64,000 nucleotides of DNA from Nanobdellota archaeon (GTDB taxonomy: Archaea > Nanobdellota > Nanobdellia > Pacearchaeales > GW2011-AR1). Location: contig JBBTAN010000017.1 of NCBI GenBank assembly GCA_038044205.1, forward strand, positions 175,315-239,314, written 5' to 3'. Positions 18,600 through 27,810 of the stretch are shown in pieces. The notes below the pieces were generated by a model, which saw nothing but the letters and a program-made list of their open reading frames with translations, did no database searches and was not told the origin of the DNA. Each line of letters starts with the position of its first letter. The first letter of the stretch is position 1. The position numbers and the translations under genes were made by a program.

Positions 18600-19364
18600 A
18601 TGAAACATGTAACAATTGGTATCTGTTTTATTTTTTTTGCTGGCTTTGCCTATGGACAGAATGAAAAAGATCCAGTAAAGTCTAAGATAGAAGCGGCTTC
18701 AACCCTTATGAAGGTCAAGCAATGGGATGAAGCAAAAACTATTCTTGAGTCTATCTTTGATGGAAATGAAGATAATAGAGAGGTAGTAGTAGGATTGGCG
18801 AGGTGTGAAGAAGGACTAAAAAATAGTGGTAAAGCCTGTGAATTATATAAAAAGTCGCTTGAACTTGCAAATGGAGATGATAATTTTAGTGATTCAAAAG
18901 AAGGTAAATTATTTATTGATAAATGTAAGAAAACAATTGTAAAATTGGATGAAGGTAAAGCTGTTCTGTTGAAGTATGCTGAAGAAATGGAAAAAGAAGC
19001 AGAAAAATTAAAAGAAAAGAATAAATATGCCTATGATGAAATAATGATAATAGTTGAAGAAATAAAGGGTGAAAAAGAGGAAATTGTAGAAAAGAAAGAT
19101 GCAAAAGAAGGAAAACGTAATAAAAAAGGTAGTAAAATTTCTGGTAAATGGGATGTTTCTGGATCGTGGTCTGGATATCTCGAATTTGATGGCAATTCAG
19201 TAAAAGCAATTGATGGTATTGGAAATAATAGTGGAATATGGGTCTATAGTAATAATGTAATAAATATTAAATGGAATAGTGGTGGTTCTTGGGATGTAAA
19301 TATTAAAACTAATAAAATTGTTGGTTCTGATGGAACTAGGGCGTCTTGTAAGAAAAGAGATTGA
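18600..19364 (+). CDS. Secreted/periplasmic TPR-like protein
   Basis: Signal-peptide-like N-terminus (MKHVTIGICFIFFAGFAYG); TPR-like helices (GLARCEEGL..SGKACELYKKSLE). Confidence 0.6.
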   Translation: MKHVTIGICFIFFAGFAYGQNEKDPVKSKIEAASTLMKVKQWDEAKTILESIFDGNEDNREVVVGLARCEEGLKNSGKACELYKKSLELANGDDNFSDSKEGKLFIDKCKKTIVKLDEGKAVLLKYAEEMEKEAEKLKEKNKYAYDEIMIIVEEIKGEKEEIVEKKDAKEGKRNKKGSKISGKWDVSGSWSGYLEFDGNSVKAIDGIGNNSGIWVYSNNVINIKWNSGGSWDVNIKTNKIVGSDGTRASCKKRD

Positions 19365-19366
19365 TA

Positions 19367-19876
19367 TTATCTTTTTAGATTTATGTAGAATGGTCTTTTT
19401 GTATATATTATATAATTGAATTTATCTTTTATTTTTTGAATATTTTCGGGATAGAATATTTCTATATTTTCTAGACATGACATGATTTTTAAATCGTCTT
19501 CTGCCCAGTGTGTAATTCCATTATTTTCATAATCTTTATTTCTTCCTGATCCAATAATTTTTACATTTAATTTTTCATGATTGATATATGTTCTTAATAT
19601 TTCAAATGGTCTATATAAAACAAATGGAGTTATTGAATATACAATTGGTATTTTACCCGATAGAGACAATCCAACTGCTATTGACATCATTGTGATTTCT
19701 GATGACCCTACATTAAAAAACCTATCAGAATAAGAATTTTTAATATTATCCCACATTCCGTAACCTACATCTCCTACTAATATAAAAATATCTTTATTTT
19801 TCCCCATTTCATTGTGAAGTAAATATGAGAATGTTTTACGCATTTTCGCATAATCTCCTAGCTGTAAAATATTCAT
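19367..19876 (-). CDS. Transketolase-like protein, pyrimidine-binding (C-terminal) subunit
   Basis: LVGDVGYG, RFFNVGSSE, PIVYSITPF, RPFE, GITHWAEDD. Confidence 0.85.
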   Translation of the reverse strand: MNILQLGDYAKMRKTFSYLLHNEMGKNKDIFILVGDVGYGMWDNIKNSYSDRFFNVGSSEITMMSIAVGLSLSGKIPIVYSITPFVLYRPFEILRTYINHEKLNVKIIGSGRNKDYENNGITHWAEDDLKIMSCLENIEIFYPENIQKIKDKFNYIIYTKRPFYINLKR

Positions 19877-20507
19877 TTTCTGACAATATATGATAATGTT
19901 GATCTAGTCCACTAGAGAATGGAAGTTCTTTTATATTTTCAATTTTATGTATAATAATTTTCTCGTAAAATGATAATAATCTATTTTCTAAATAATTAAT
20001 ATTTATTTTTTTATATGCCGATAAACCATTTACTATAACGTTGATATTTATATTTAAAATATTGTATTCTTTAATAAATGCTAATGATTCCCATATTGAT
20101 CCTTCATAACATTCTCCATCAGATATTAAACAACATATTTTATATGGTGTAGATAATGCGTATCCTATAGCAATAGGTAGTCCAATTCCTAAACTTCCAG
20201 TGGTACACCATATTTGATGTTCAGGATCAAAGCAAGGATGAATCCCATGTTTTAGATATAATTCTTCTGCATTGTAGTTAAAAAAATGTTCTAATATTAC
20301 ATATAATGCTAATCCGGAATGTCCGTTAGATAGTATAAATTTTTCATTTTCATTTTTATTGATAAATATATTATATATGATAGGTAGAGATCCTAAACAA
20401 CTACTTAAATGAGATAATTTATATTTATAACTTATCTCCAATATTCTTTGTTTAAGTTTTATTATTTCATTTAATTTTATATATTGTTTATATTCTGTTT
20501 TATCCAT
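19836..20507 (-). CDS. Transketolase-like protein, TPP-binding (N-terminal) subunit
   Basis: SHLSSCLG, LSNGHS, TGSLGIGL, SDGECYEGSIWE. Confidence 0.9.
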   Translation of the reverse strand: MDKTEYKQYIKLNEIIKLKQRILEISYKYKLSHLSSCLGSLPIIYNIFINKNENEKFILSNGHSGLALYVILEHFFNYNAEELYLKHGIHPCFDPEHQIWCTTGSLGIGLPIAIGYALSTPYKICCLISDGECYEGSIWESLAFIKEYNILNININVIVNGLSAYKKININYLENRLLSFYEKIIIHKIENIKELPFSSGLDQHYHILSENEYFTARRLCENA

Positions 20508-21298
20508 TTAGAATACCTTGTTAAACCAGTTTTAATATCAGTCTTTGTTTCAATTTTATATTTTTCTTTAGCATATGTAATATCACATACCCAATTATTG
20601 CTATCATAACTTCGCATGTTATCAATTTTTTTATATTTTATTTCTATGTCTAAAATTGTTTCTAATATTTTTATTAATTCTAAATTAGAATATTGTTTAC
20701 CAGTACCTATATTTACGATATCCCCATTATATTGTCCAATATCTAATAATTTTATTATTGAATCAATAAAATCATCTATATATACCCAATCATGTACAGG
20801 TTCTTCAACTAATTTTACTATTTCTTTTTTGTATATATTTTTAAAAATAGTTGGTAAAAATTTACATGATTTTTCATATGGCCCATAAAGTGTAAATGGT
20901 CTTATTATTAATGCTGGTAGATTGAAATATCTCGAAAAGGATTGTGTTAATAATGTTGCACATCCTTTTGTTGCTTCGTAAATAGTACATGGATTTATTT
21001 TCATTTGTTCATTAATTGGTGTTTTAACTCTGCCATATTCTGATGAAGAACCTATGTATATAAATTTTTTTACTTTCCACTGTACGGATTTTTCTAATAA
21101 TTTGTAAGTTAAATATATATTACTTTTATACATGTTACATATATCATACATTTCTGCTGCGGTGTGTATTACTATATCTGGAGTGATATTGACATCATCT
21201 ATATTATGTTTTTTTGTAAACTCTATAATTTCACCAGATAGTTTAGGGATAAGATTTTTAGATATAAACCCATCAGATCCCGTGACAAGTATTCTCAT
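20477..21298 (-). CDS. NAD-dependent epimerase/dehydratase (extended SDR)
   Basis: ILVTGSDGFI, GSSSEYG, YEATK, RPFTLYGP. Confidence 0.9.
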   Translation of the reverse strand: MRILVTGSDGFISKNLIPKLSGEIIEFTKKHNIDDVNITPDIVIHTAAEMYDICNMYKSNIYLTYKLLEKSVQWKVKKFIYIGSSSEYGRVKTPINEQMKINPCTIYEATKGCATLLTQSFSRYFNLPALIIRPFTLYGPYEKSCKFLPTIFKNIYKKEIVKLVEEPVHDWVYIDDFIDSIIKLLDIGQYNGDIVNIGTGKQYSNLELIKILETILDIEIKYKKIDNMRSYDSNNWVCDITYAKEKYKIETKTDIKTGLTRYSKWIKQNINNI

Positions 21299-21942
21299 AA
21301 TTTTTCCAATATAACCAAATAAGAAGGAATATCTTCTAATATTATTTTAAACATATTTTCTTTCAATATCTGTTGATAGCGTTCATGACATCCATGAATA
21401 TGTCCTTTAGGTATCATATCATGTAAACAAAGATATCCTCCTCTAACAATTTTATTTTTTACTAAATTATAGCCATTCCATTGCGCTATTGGAAAATCCA
21501 TATCAATTAAAACATAGTGAAGTTCAGGAATAAAATCAATATTTGTATTTTCTGTTATCAAACCTTTAATAAGATAAGTATTAAACAATCTTTGTTTATC
21601 TAATTCATTTTTTATATAATCATATTTACAATGTTCTGTGCCGTAATTTATCTTATCATTATACCAATGTTCCATACAATGTGCTGCAAAAGAATTAACT
21701 CCACCTGCTTCAATAGTATGTGGGCAAATAGTCGCTAATTCAATAGGGTGAGTCTCGAACGTATCAAATCCATAGATAAATCCACGTCCTTTCCATATAG
21801 TTCCTATATTCTGAATACCACCGCCATAAGCTACTCCCATTTCAGCACCACACAATATTCCTTTAAATTTTTTTAGACATAGTTCAACTATTGCTCGTGT
21901 ATGGGTACTTGCTCCATTTATATCATTAAGTTCTTTTAACAT
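21295..21942 (-). CDS. TylF/MycF-like sugar O-methyltransferase
   Basis: EMGVAYGG, YGFDTFE, LIDMD, GGYLCLHD. Confidence 0.7.
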   Translation of the reverse strand: MLKELNDINGASTHTRAIVELCLKKFKGILCGAEMGVAYGGGIQNIGTIWKGRGFIYGFDTFETHPIELATICPHTIEAGGVNSFAAHCMEHWYNDKINYGTEHCKYDYIKNELDKQRLFNTYLIKGLITENTNIDFIPELHYVLIDMDFPIAQWNGYNLVKNKIVRGGYLCLHDMIPKGHIHGCHERYQQILKENMFKIILEDIPSYLVILEKL

Positions 21943-22580
21943 AAATTTGTCGCCAAAAATGTATAATCATTTATTATTTTTATTAAATATTTTGATTGTA
22001 TTGATGATATAATTTTATTCATACATCCATAATGGCATTCTATAAAAATAACATCTATAGGTAAAGATAATAAGGAATCGGCGATCTCGATCTCTCCACC
22101 TTCAATATCTATTTTCATAAAATCTATATGTTTTATTTCAAAGTATTTAAATAAATCAGGGATGGAAAAACATGGAACTGTTATGTTTCCATTATCGTCA
22201 ATCCTATTTGCTGTTACATTGTTATTGTCAAATAAAAATTTTCTAAATGTAGTTTTTTGTGCGACAGCTATATTTATTGGTATTATATTGTTGCATGAAA
22301 ATGATGAAATCATATTGCATAATGCTATATAATGTGAAGGTGTTGGTTCTATAGCGTATATTATTTTTGCTATATCTTTAAAATATAATGAAACTAATCC
22401 TATATTGGCACCTAAATCAATCATTGTAAAATTATTTTTATCTGATAATAAATTTTTATATAATCCATCATTAATTTGTTGTAATATAGTTCTGATATAC
22501 GCATTAGGATTATTTTCATAATTTTTAAATTTCTCCCATTTTCCTAAATCGTATTCAATTCCAGATATTGATTTAAAAAT
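21936..22580 (-). CDS. FkbM-family methyltransferase (ORF track starts at ATG 22424; frame stays open upstream past an ATT at 22580 that follows an AGGAG)
   Basis: IDLGANIG, AIEP, MKIDIEGGE, IECH. Confidence 0.8.
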   Translation of the reverse strand: MFKSISGIEYDLGKWEKFKNYENNPNAYIRTILQQINDGLYKNLLSDKNNFTMIDLGANIGLVSLYFKDIAKIIYAIEPTPSHYIALCNMISSFSCNNIIPINIAVAQKTTFRKFLFDNNNVTANRIDDNGNITVPCFSIPDLFKYFEIKHIDFMKIDIEGGEIEIADSLLSLPIDVIFIECHYGCMNKIISSIQSKYLIKIINDYTFLATNLC

Positions 22581-23313
22581 TGTTTTTCTCCTTGTAAATA
22601 TTTTCTAACCATTTACATGTATTTTTATCGCATAATTTTTCAAACTGTAATCTCGGAGAATCTCCACCTGCAGCATGATGTAGAATTTTTACTTTTTTAT
22701 TATTTAAATACAAGTGATCATTTTTAATTTTTAAATTTCTCCAAGTATAAAAAGGAGAAGAAAATCCATAATGTAAATTTTCTTCCACAGGATCTAATAA
22801 TTTCGTGTTATATTTACCACTGTAAAATATCTGATTCATAATATCTTGTTCTTGCCATTTGAAATTTTTAGCTTCATTTTTATTTCTCTCAATCCATTCT
22901 TCCCAAAAATCAATTTTAGTAGAAGCTACTAGCCCTGCATTAAGGTATACGGGTATATTTAAATATCTTTCAGATACTCCGTTGTTCGAATCATCGTTAT
23001 TTCTAACACTTGCTATGTCGTAATCACCATTTATTAATTCATCAAGTCTATCAACTAACATTGAGTCAGCGTCAAAGTGAACGACTATATCATAGTCTTT
23101 AGCCAGTCGTATGCTCATTGTTGGATTTAATGTACAAAAATTAAGAGTTGGATCTTTTTTTATCTCTTCTTCAATTTCTTTATTTCCCATCATAATGAAT
23201 GGTATTTCTGGATGGAAATATTTTATAGAAGCAATAAGTTTATCAGCCCCAAAAAAAATACGTTTTTCATCAGAACAATGAGAACAAAATACTATACGTT
23301 TTTTACAATCCAT
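22573..23313 (-). CDS. GT8-like glycosyltransferase
   Basis: HFDADS, YLNAGLV, QEQDIMN, ILHHA. Confidence 0.75.
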   Translation of the reverse strand: MDCKKRIVFCSHCSDEKRIFFGADKLIASIKYFHPEIPFIMMGNKEIEEEIKKDPTLNFCTLNPTMSIRLAKDYDIVVHFDADSMLVDRLDELINGDYDIASVRNNDDSNNGVSERYLNIPVYLNAGLVASTKIDFWEEWIERNKNEAKNFKWQEQDIMNQIFYSGKYNTKLLDPVEENLHYGFSSPFYTWRNLKIKNDHLYLNNKKVKILHHAAGGDSPRLQFEKLCDKNTCKWLENIYKEKNNF

Positions 23314-23344
23314 GTTTTTTACCTAAAATATCATTTGTATCTAT

Positions 23345-23370
23345 ATTCATTGATTCATTATGTTTTTCCT
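23345..23370 (-). promoter_or_regulatory. AGGA-N18-GAATA promoter-like motif
   Basis: TCCT 23367-23370 and ATTC 23345-23348, upstream of the minus-strand sugar operon. Confidence 0.55.
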
Positions 23371-23460
23371 TCTATTTTCTATTATAGAATAAAAATTTGT
23401 AATTTTTCCCAAAAAAAGATTTACAATGAAAAAGAGAAGAATGCTATTTTGGAGAAAAAT

Positions 23461-24165
23461 ATGAAAACGATAACTTTGACAGTGCATAATAGGCCAGATA
23501 ATTTAATTAAAGTATTAGATAATTTAAAGAAAAATAAATTATATGATTTTAGTTTATATATAGGATTAGAACCTGGTAATGATGAATGTGTTAAAGTATG
23601 CGAGAATATAAATTTTATAAAAACTACTATAGTAAGAAACATTAAAGTTCTTGGAGTAAGGCATAATCCATATAATATATTAGATTGTGTTTTTAATTTA
23701 GGTTCAGAAATAAATATATATTTAGAAGATGACCTTGAAATATCTCCTGATATATGCGATCTATCTATTTGGTATTACAAGCAATTGAATTGTAATAAAA
23801 TATTTAATATGGATATATTATGTTTAAATTTATTTAGTTGGAATAATGGAGATGACCCAAGATGTATTATGCTAAAAAATAATGGATTTTGTCCTTGGGG
23901 AATGTGTATTACAAAATATCAATGGGATAATTATTTTAAACCTATATGGTTTAATGATAATCATTCATTAAATGGTAAAGGATGGGATTTTAGTGTGCAG
24001 TCATTACTTAATCCTAAATTATTTATAGCTTATCCGTATATTTCTAGAAGTAATCATGTTGGGATAGAAGGAGTTCATAGTACTCGTGATATATATGAAT
24101 CATCGTTTAAAGATAGAAAAATAAATACAAGTATGGATATTTCCGATTATTATATTGACATATAA
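23461..24165 (+). CDS. GT-A fold glycosyltransferase (GT2/GT13-like); start corrected to 23461
   Basis: TVHNRP, YLEDDL, PWG, GWD, SRSNHVG; GGAG SD at 23451. Confidence 0.75.
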   Translation: MKTITLTVHNRPDNLIKVLDNLKKNKLYDFSLYIGLEPGNDECVKVCENINFIKTTIVRNIKVLGVRHNPYNILDCVFNLGSEINIYLEDDLEISPDICDLSIWYYKQLNCNKIFNMDILCLNLFSWNNGDDPRCIMLKNNGFCPWGMCITKYQWDNYFKPIWFNDNHSLNGKGWDFSVQSLLNPKLFIAYPYISRSNHVGIEGVHSTRDIYESSFKDRKINTSMDISDYYIDI

Positions 24166-24258
24166 ATTTATATAAAATAAAATATTTTTCTTGCAGGAAT
24201 TTCTACATACCATGTACAATATAAAAGTATAGTAATAGAAATGTAAAAGGAGAATGAA

Positions 24259-24420
24259 ATGAAAAAGAAACAAGTTAATTTTTCTCTACCTGAAAAATGG
24301 TTAATTAAATTGGAACGATTAGCAAGAGAAAATGCTATGAAAGAAGATAGAAATATAACTTATCTTGATTTAATAAGAGATGCGATAAATGAGAAATATA
24401 AATTAGATAAAGAAGAATAG
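24259..24420 (+). CDS. 53-aa ribbon-helix-helix (CopG/Arc-like) DNA-binding protein; below the ORF track cut-off
   Basis: MKKKQVNFSLPEKWLIKLERLARE...TYLDLIRDAINEKY; AAGGAG SD; ends 3 nt before tnpB. Confidence 0.7.
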   Translation: MKKKQVNFSLPEKWLIKLERLARENAMKEDRNITYLDLIRDAINEKYKLDKEE

Positions 24421-24423
24421 GTT

Positions 24424-25683
24424 ATGGATTATAGATTTAGAGTATATCCAACACCAGAACAAGAAGAATTAATAAATAAAACATTTGGTTGTGTTAGATT
24501 TATCTATAATTGGGCATTAGAAACAAAGAGTGGAGCATATAGATATAATAAAGAAAGATTAAGTTGTTATGATTTAAAAAATAAATTACCGAGTTTAAAA
24601 GAAGAGAATGAATGGCTGAAGGAAGTAGATAGCCAAGCATTACAAATAGCAATTGAGAATTTAGATAATGCCTACTATCATTTCTTTATTAGACTAAAGA
24701 AAGGAATTAAAGGTAAGAAATTAGGTTTTCCTCAATATAAAACAAAGAATAAGAGTAAGAAATCATATACAACTAATAATACAAATAACAGTATAAGGAT
24801 AGAGGAAGGGAAATTAAAAATACCTAAAGTAGGATTATTAAATATTGTTTTTCATAGACATGTAAAAGGAATAATAAAATCAGTTACTATATCATGTACA
24901 TCATCAGGTAAATATTATATTTCTATAAAAACAAGGATAGAGGAAAAGGAGATTAAATATGTTGTAAATAAGGATAATGTAGTTGGTTTAGATATGTCTT
25001 TCTCTGAATGTTCTGTAGCGTCAGATGGAACGAGAGCCAAGTTCACGAGATTTTACAGAAAATCAGAGAAGAAGTTAGCCAAAACAAATAGAAGAATGCA
25101 CAAAAGGGACAAAGGATCAAAGAATAGGGAAAAAGCAAAGAAAAAATTAGCTATTGCACATGAGAAGGTAGCTAATCAAAGAAAAGATTTTTTGAATAAA
25201 TTATCTTATAGTATATCTAATAAATATGATGTAGTAATTGTAGAAGATATAGATTTAAGTGCTATGAAAAAGAAGGGGAAGAGAAGAAAATATGGTAAAT
25301 CTATATCTGACATCGGATTTGGTGAGTTGAGAAGACAATTAGAGTATAAATTATTAAGGAAGGGTAAGATATTTATTAAAGCACCCAGATTTCTTGCTTC
25401 ATCTCAATTATGTTCTTCTTGTGGATATAAGAATAAAGATGTCAAAGATCTATCAATAAGGGAATGGGAATGTCCCAAATGTAATGCTAAACATGATAGG
25501 GATGTCAATGCGGGACTTAATTTAGTTAATTGGTATAAGAGTACCGCTGCTGCGGCGGGAATTCACGCCTATGGAGACAAGACCTCTACTAGCTATCATA
25601 AGTTAGCAAGCCCTGTCAGTGAAGTAGGAAAAATTGCTCAACAATCGTTGATTGATCAAGCCCCCACCTTTAGGTGGGGGTAG
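24424..25683 (+). CDS. tnpB: TnpB RNA-guided endonuclease (IS200/IS605 family)
   Basis: YRFRVYPT..Q..INKTFGCVRFIYN; RuvC VGLD, VIVEDI, HDRDVNA; zinc finger CSSC/CPKC. Confidence 0.95.
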   Translation: MDYRFRVYPTPEQEELINKTFGCVRFIYNWALETKSGAYRYNKERLSCYDLKNKLPSLKEENEWLKEVDSQALQIAIENLDNAYYHFFIRLKKGIKGKKLGFPQYKTKNKSKKSYTTNNTNNSIRIEEGKLKIPKVGLLNIVFHRHVKGIIKSVTISCTSSGKYYISIKTRIEEKEIKYVVNKDNVVGLDMSFSECSVASDGTRAKFTRFYRKSEKKLAKTNRRMHKRDKGSKNREKAKKKLAIAHEKVANQRKDFLNKLSYSISNKYDVVIVEDIDLSAMKKKGKRRKYGKSISDIGFGELRRQLEYKLLRKGKIFIKAPRFLASSQLCSSCGYKNKDVKDLSIREWECPKCNAKHDRDVNAGLNLVNWYKSTAAAAGIHAYGDKTSTSYHKLASPVSEVGKIAQQSLIDQAPTFRWG

Positions 25684-25688
25684 TTGAC
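25657..25688 (+). mobile_element. IS200/IS605 right-end hairpin and 3' end of the TnpB reRNA scaffold
   Basis: CCCCCACC-TTTA-GGTGGGGG hairpin (25661-25680) followed by TAGTTGAC; no tnpA nearby. Confidence 0.8.
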
Positions 25689-25708
25689 TAAAATAAAGGC
25701 TAATAGCG

Positions 25709-25945
25709 ATGAGTAGAATTTGTGAAAAACCTTGGCGTAATTTAATTGTATGGGCAACAGGATATGTTTGTTTTTGCTGTGAAGGTGAAGCAATTGGAAA
25801 TATTTCTTTATCGTCTGTGGAAGAAATATGGAACAATTCTAAAGCACAGGCAATTAGAAGCGGTATCATAGAGGGTGGAGAAAAATTACATCCTATGTGC
25901 AAGAACTGTCCTTGGGTAAAAGATTATAAATATATAACAAGCTAA
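25709..25945 (+). CDS. Stand-alone SPASM/twitch Fe-S domain protein
   Basis: CEKPW..LIV...GYVCFCC...IGNI...VEEIWN...CKNC. Confidence 0.8.
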   Translation: MSRICEKPWRNLIVWATGYVCFCCEGEAIGNISLSSVEEIWNNSKAQAIRSGIIEGGEKLHPMCKNCPWVKDYKYITS

Positions 25946-25947
25946 CC

Positions 25948-25985
25948 CCAATTGATCCGCGCCTATCTCTTTCTTATCATATTAT
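25948..25985 (+). promoter_or_regulatory. CCAATTGATCCG promoter-like motif, copy 3
   Basis: Intergenic; ATTAT 21 nt downstream; precedes the AAA ATPase. Confidence 0.55.
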
Positions 25986-26050
25986 AGAATAGAAAAAAGA
26001 AAATAGTGTATTTTTGTAGTGTAAAACCATTTGAATGAAAGGAAACAAGG

Positions 26051-27484
26051 ATGTCCAATTCGTCTAATGCTGTGTTTTACCCTTGCATATACAACGATAT
26101 GATTAGTATCGCAAAAAAGGTATCAAAGGAAGGTTCAAAAACAGGTAATGATTTAGTAGATATTAAGAATGCTGAACTTGATTTTTTCCACGCTTGGTCT
26201 CAAGTGGAGGCTATTCTGGGGATGTGGGCTTTGCCGCGAACAGGTGAAATCGGCAAGGTAATGACCAGCAAGCAAGCCATTGTCAAGGATGTCCTTGAAG
26301 GATGGCAGGTCCGTCCATTTGGAGATATTGTTGTAAATACTGTATCTTCCCTGGAATCCCGTCTTATTTCTGGTTCTAAAAGAGAACCAATCATTACGGA
26401 TACTGATTGCCGTAAGGCAGAATTTATTATTACAAATAAAGAAAATGTAAATATGATTGTTATTATTCATGTTGCAGGAACTTCAGGTGAGCATATTCTT
26501 AGGGCCGCAGCTTGTTATCATGGAACTGATGCCAAGTCTAAGATTGCAGCTACTGACTTTTTCGGTAGGATTGCCAAGGCAGATCACCTCCTCAAGCGCC
26601 TTGAGGAAGGCAACAAAGTAATGAGGATTCATAATACAGGTGTTGAACTTCCAATTGATCCTGCTATTGGTTGGGAAAACGTCTGTCTTACTGAAGTCCA
26701 AAAGAAAATGACACAGGATGATTTTGAATTCTTTCTTAAGAATGAAGATTGGTATAGGAACAATAAAGTAGAGTATAAGCGTGGTTATCTTCTACATGGG
26801 CCTCCAGGTAATGGTAAGACACTTACTATCCACGCTATGGCAAATACACAAGGTGTAAGTGTTATGGGATTCGACTTCTCGGATTGTGAAAGTGCAAATA
26901 ATAAATCACTCCAGTCAGCTATGCAGCAGGCAAGAGAAAATGCCCCTTGTCTTTTTATTATGGAGGATTTGGACCGCGCTATTAGTCCAACGGAAGGCGT
27001 GTCAAATAGTTCTGTAACTCTTAATGAAGTTCTTAATATGTTGGACGGAGTATCGTCTAGGGATGGCGTTGTTGTGGTTGCTACGGCTAATTCCCCTCAA
27101 CACCTTGATGCGGCCATTCTGAGGCGTCCTGGACGTTATGACAGGGTTGTAGAATTCGACAATCCAAACGAGGTTCAGAGAGAACAATTCCTCTCTAGGT
27201 TGTTTGATGCCAAGGACTTTGATATTTCTGAAGATTGTATCAAGGAAGTTGTTAGTGCTATGGAAAATAAGAGCATGGCAACGCTCAAAGAAATCTTTAT
27301 TGCGTCTGCTGCAACTGCTATTGACCCAGAATCAAAGACAAGGGCTAAAGTTACTGATAAGCATGTAATTGAAGCCGTTGGAGTTATTCTTGAGCAGTTT
27401 GAGAAGACAAGTGGAACAGGTGCTTCTGTTGGTTTCTCTGGCGTGAATAGTAGAAAGAAAAATAAAATTAAAAATGCTTCATAA
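26051..27484 (+). CDS. AAA+ ATPase (BCS1/FtsH-like AAA domain)
   Basis: KRGYLLHGPPGNGKT, FIMEDLD, LNMLDG, ATAN...LDAAILRRPGRYD. Confidence 0.9.
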   Translation: MSNSSNAVFYPCIYNDMISIAKKVSKEGSKTGNDLVDIKNAELDFFHAWSQVEAILGMWALPRTGEIGKVMTSKQAIVKDVLEGWQVRPFGDIVVNTVSSLESRLISGSKREPIITDTDCRKAEFIITNKENVNMIVIIHVAGTSGEHILRAAACYHGTDAKSKIAATDFFGRIAKADHLLKRLEEGNKVMRIHNTGVELPIDPAIGWENVCLTEVQKKMTQDDFEFFLKNEDWYRNNKVEYKRGYLLHGPPGNGKTLTIHAMANTQGVSVMGFDFSDCESANNKSLQSAMQQARENAPCLFIMEDLDRAISPTEGVSNSSVTLNEVLNMLDGVSSRDGVVVVATANSPQHLDAAILRRPGRYDRVVEFDNPNEVQREQFLSRLFDAKDFDISEDCIKEVVSAMENKSMATLKEIFIASAATAIDPESKTRAKVTDKHVIEAVGVILEQFEKTSGTGASVGFSGVNSRKKNKIKNAS

Positions 27485-27495
27485 GGGAAAAATAA

Positions 27496-27807
27496 ATGAA
27501 ATGGAATTATCGTATTGGTAGAAGAAAAAAGAATAATAAATATATTTATTCTATGATTGAGGTATATTATAAAAGTAATGGTTCTATTTATGGATATTGT
27601 AATGGTGATGGAGTTTTCCAATATGATGATTTGAAGTCAATGAAAATGGATATTAGTTATTATTATGAAGCAACAAAAAGAAAAATTATTGATTTAGATA
27701 AATTAGATAAAAGATATAAGAAAGCAAAAATGAAAAAGGTAAGTAAATTTATTGATTGCAAGTTAATGGAAGGATCAGTAAAATTATATGATTTTATTAA
27801 AAAATAA
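27496..27807 (+). CDS. Phage-type hypothetical protein
   Basis: WNYRI...IEVYY...G pattern seen in small phage proteins. Confidence 0.55.
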   Translation: MKWNYRIGRRKKNNKYIYSMIEVYYKSNGSIYGYCNGDGVFQYDDLKSMKMDISYYYEATKRKIIDLDKLDKRYKKAKMKKVSKFIDCKLMEGSVKLYDFIKK

Positions 27808-27810
27808 AAA

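Noticed and set aside
24173-24181. TAAAATAAA matching the first 9 nt of the predicted TnpB guide just upstream of its own operon (self-regulation)
   Set aside because: A 9-nt A/T-only match is expected by chance in this composition
26651-26661. CCAATTGATCC inside the AAA ATPase gene as a fifth promoter copy
   Set aside because: Lacks the final G, lies within coding sequence (PIDP) and has no ATTRT at the conserved distance
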